Virus record (IMG/VR): IMGVR_UViG_3300045988_147305
Length of the DNA stretch: 64,000 nucleotides
Reading direction: 5' to 3' (one strand)
DNA from: a virus
Taxonomy: Duplodnaviria; Heunggongvirae; Uroviricota; Caudoviricetes
Both the position numbers and the translations under genes were made by a program. Numbering within the stretch: position 1 is the first letter of the stretch; each line of letters opens with the position of its first letter. The notes below the pieces were generated by a model. The model was not told where the DNA came from and ran no database searches. It saw only the letters and a program-made list of their open reading frames with translations. Shown here piece by piece: positions 63,426-64,000 of this stretch.

Positions 63426-64000
63426 ACCGGGCCTCCGGTTGTATCGCCGCCTTTCAGGACGCCAGTATGCTGATGTGCATCAACCACAATCCCGTTAGAA
63501 CTCATCGCTCCGCCGCCCTGGGTAACGCCACCATTGATCACCACTTCGCTGTTAATGCGCGTGCGGTCAGCCTCCAGTACAAACTCACTGGTTTTCATGG
63601 TGATGTTATCAGCGGCCTCAATGACCATTGATTTGATGCCCCTGACATACCAGCGCCCGGTGGCGGGTTCATATTCAAACCAGCCACCGTCAGGATGTTC
63701 TGTCACGCAGGCGTCCGCCGACGTCGACGGTGGTGCGAACTGATTCGAATAGACAGCGGGCAGCGCAAAGGCAGTCTCCAGATTGCCGCCCAGACTCAGC
63801 AGCACCACCTGCTCACCTTCCGATGGTCGCCACCATGTGCGGGCATTCCCGGCACGCAGCGTCAGCCAACTGATCCAGTTAGTTTCAAGGTCGCCCGTTT
63901 TCACCCGGCAAAGCCAGTTCTCCCGGTCCACTTCGGTAACTACACCTGTGCGGATCAGGTTGGTGATAAGGCGCATGATTTCGGTTAATTGTGCGTTCAT
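63422..64000 (-). CDS. baseplate spike protein, P2 gpV-like; start codon is the last 3 nt of the window
   Basis: Matches P2 gpV (LIRTGVVTEVD...RTWWRPSEGEQVVLLSLGG...). Upstream region is outside the window. Confidence 0.7.
   Translation of the reverse strand: MNAQLTEIMRLITNLIRTGVVTEVDRENWLCRVKTGDLETNWISWLTLRAGNARTWWRPSEGEQVVLLSLGGNLETAFALPAVYSNQFAPPSTSADACVTEHPDGGWFEYEPATGRWYVRGIKSMVIEAADNITMKTSEFVLEADRTRINSEVVINGGVTQGGGAMSSNGIVVDAHQHTGVLKGGDTTGGPV

Overview
The window reads as a contiguous ~64 kb segment of a P1-like phage-plasmid (Enterobacteriaceae), identified from an exact 34-bp loxP site next to a Cre recombinase gene and from P1 gene order. Gene symbols and the P1 gene order used for comparison are from memory; nothing was searched. 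Order in the window: 3' end of a fused C5/Dam methyltransferase gene (dmt), tRNA-Asn/Thr, lipoprotein plp, tRNA-Ile2(CAT), DnaB-like helicase ban, dbn, a minus-strand late tail/baseplate block, a plus-strand block of enzymes (VRR-NUC nuclease, two paralogous GSGPS-motif proteins, lambda-type phosphatase ppp, GT-A-like glycosyltransferase, HAD phosphatase), a ~8 kb block of small unknown genes, hot, LexA-boxed humD, phd-doc, pdcAB, lpa, pacA (with pac site), pacB, c1, coi, loxP, cre, cra, ref, mat, lxc, ulx, 2255-aa darB, portal and protease, SAR lysozyme, ssb, isa genes, ddrB-ddrA-darA-hdf-lydBA, cin invertase with an invertible tail-fibre segment, and a P2-like baseplate block. About twelve C1-operator-like 17-mers punctuate the operons. 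The most unusual items are a family of covarying hairpin elements around the tRNA genes, a PacB paralog with degenerate Walker motifs, a possible glycosyl-transfer enzyme cluster, an invertible tail-fibre segment carrying only one assembly-chaperone gene beside a cin pseudogene remnant, and an apparent absence of the P1 res-mod genes between mat and lxc. No single candidate could be confirmed as a new system without database comparison. Hand-derived coordinates for non-CDS sites may be off by 1-2 bp.
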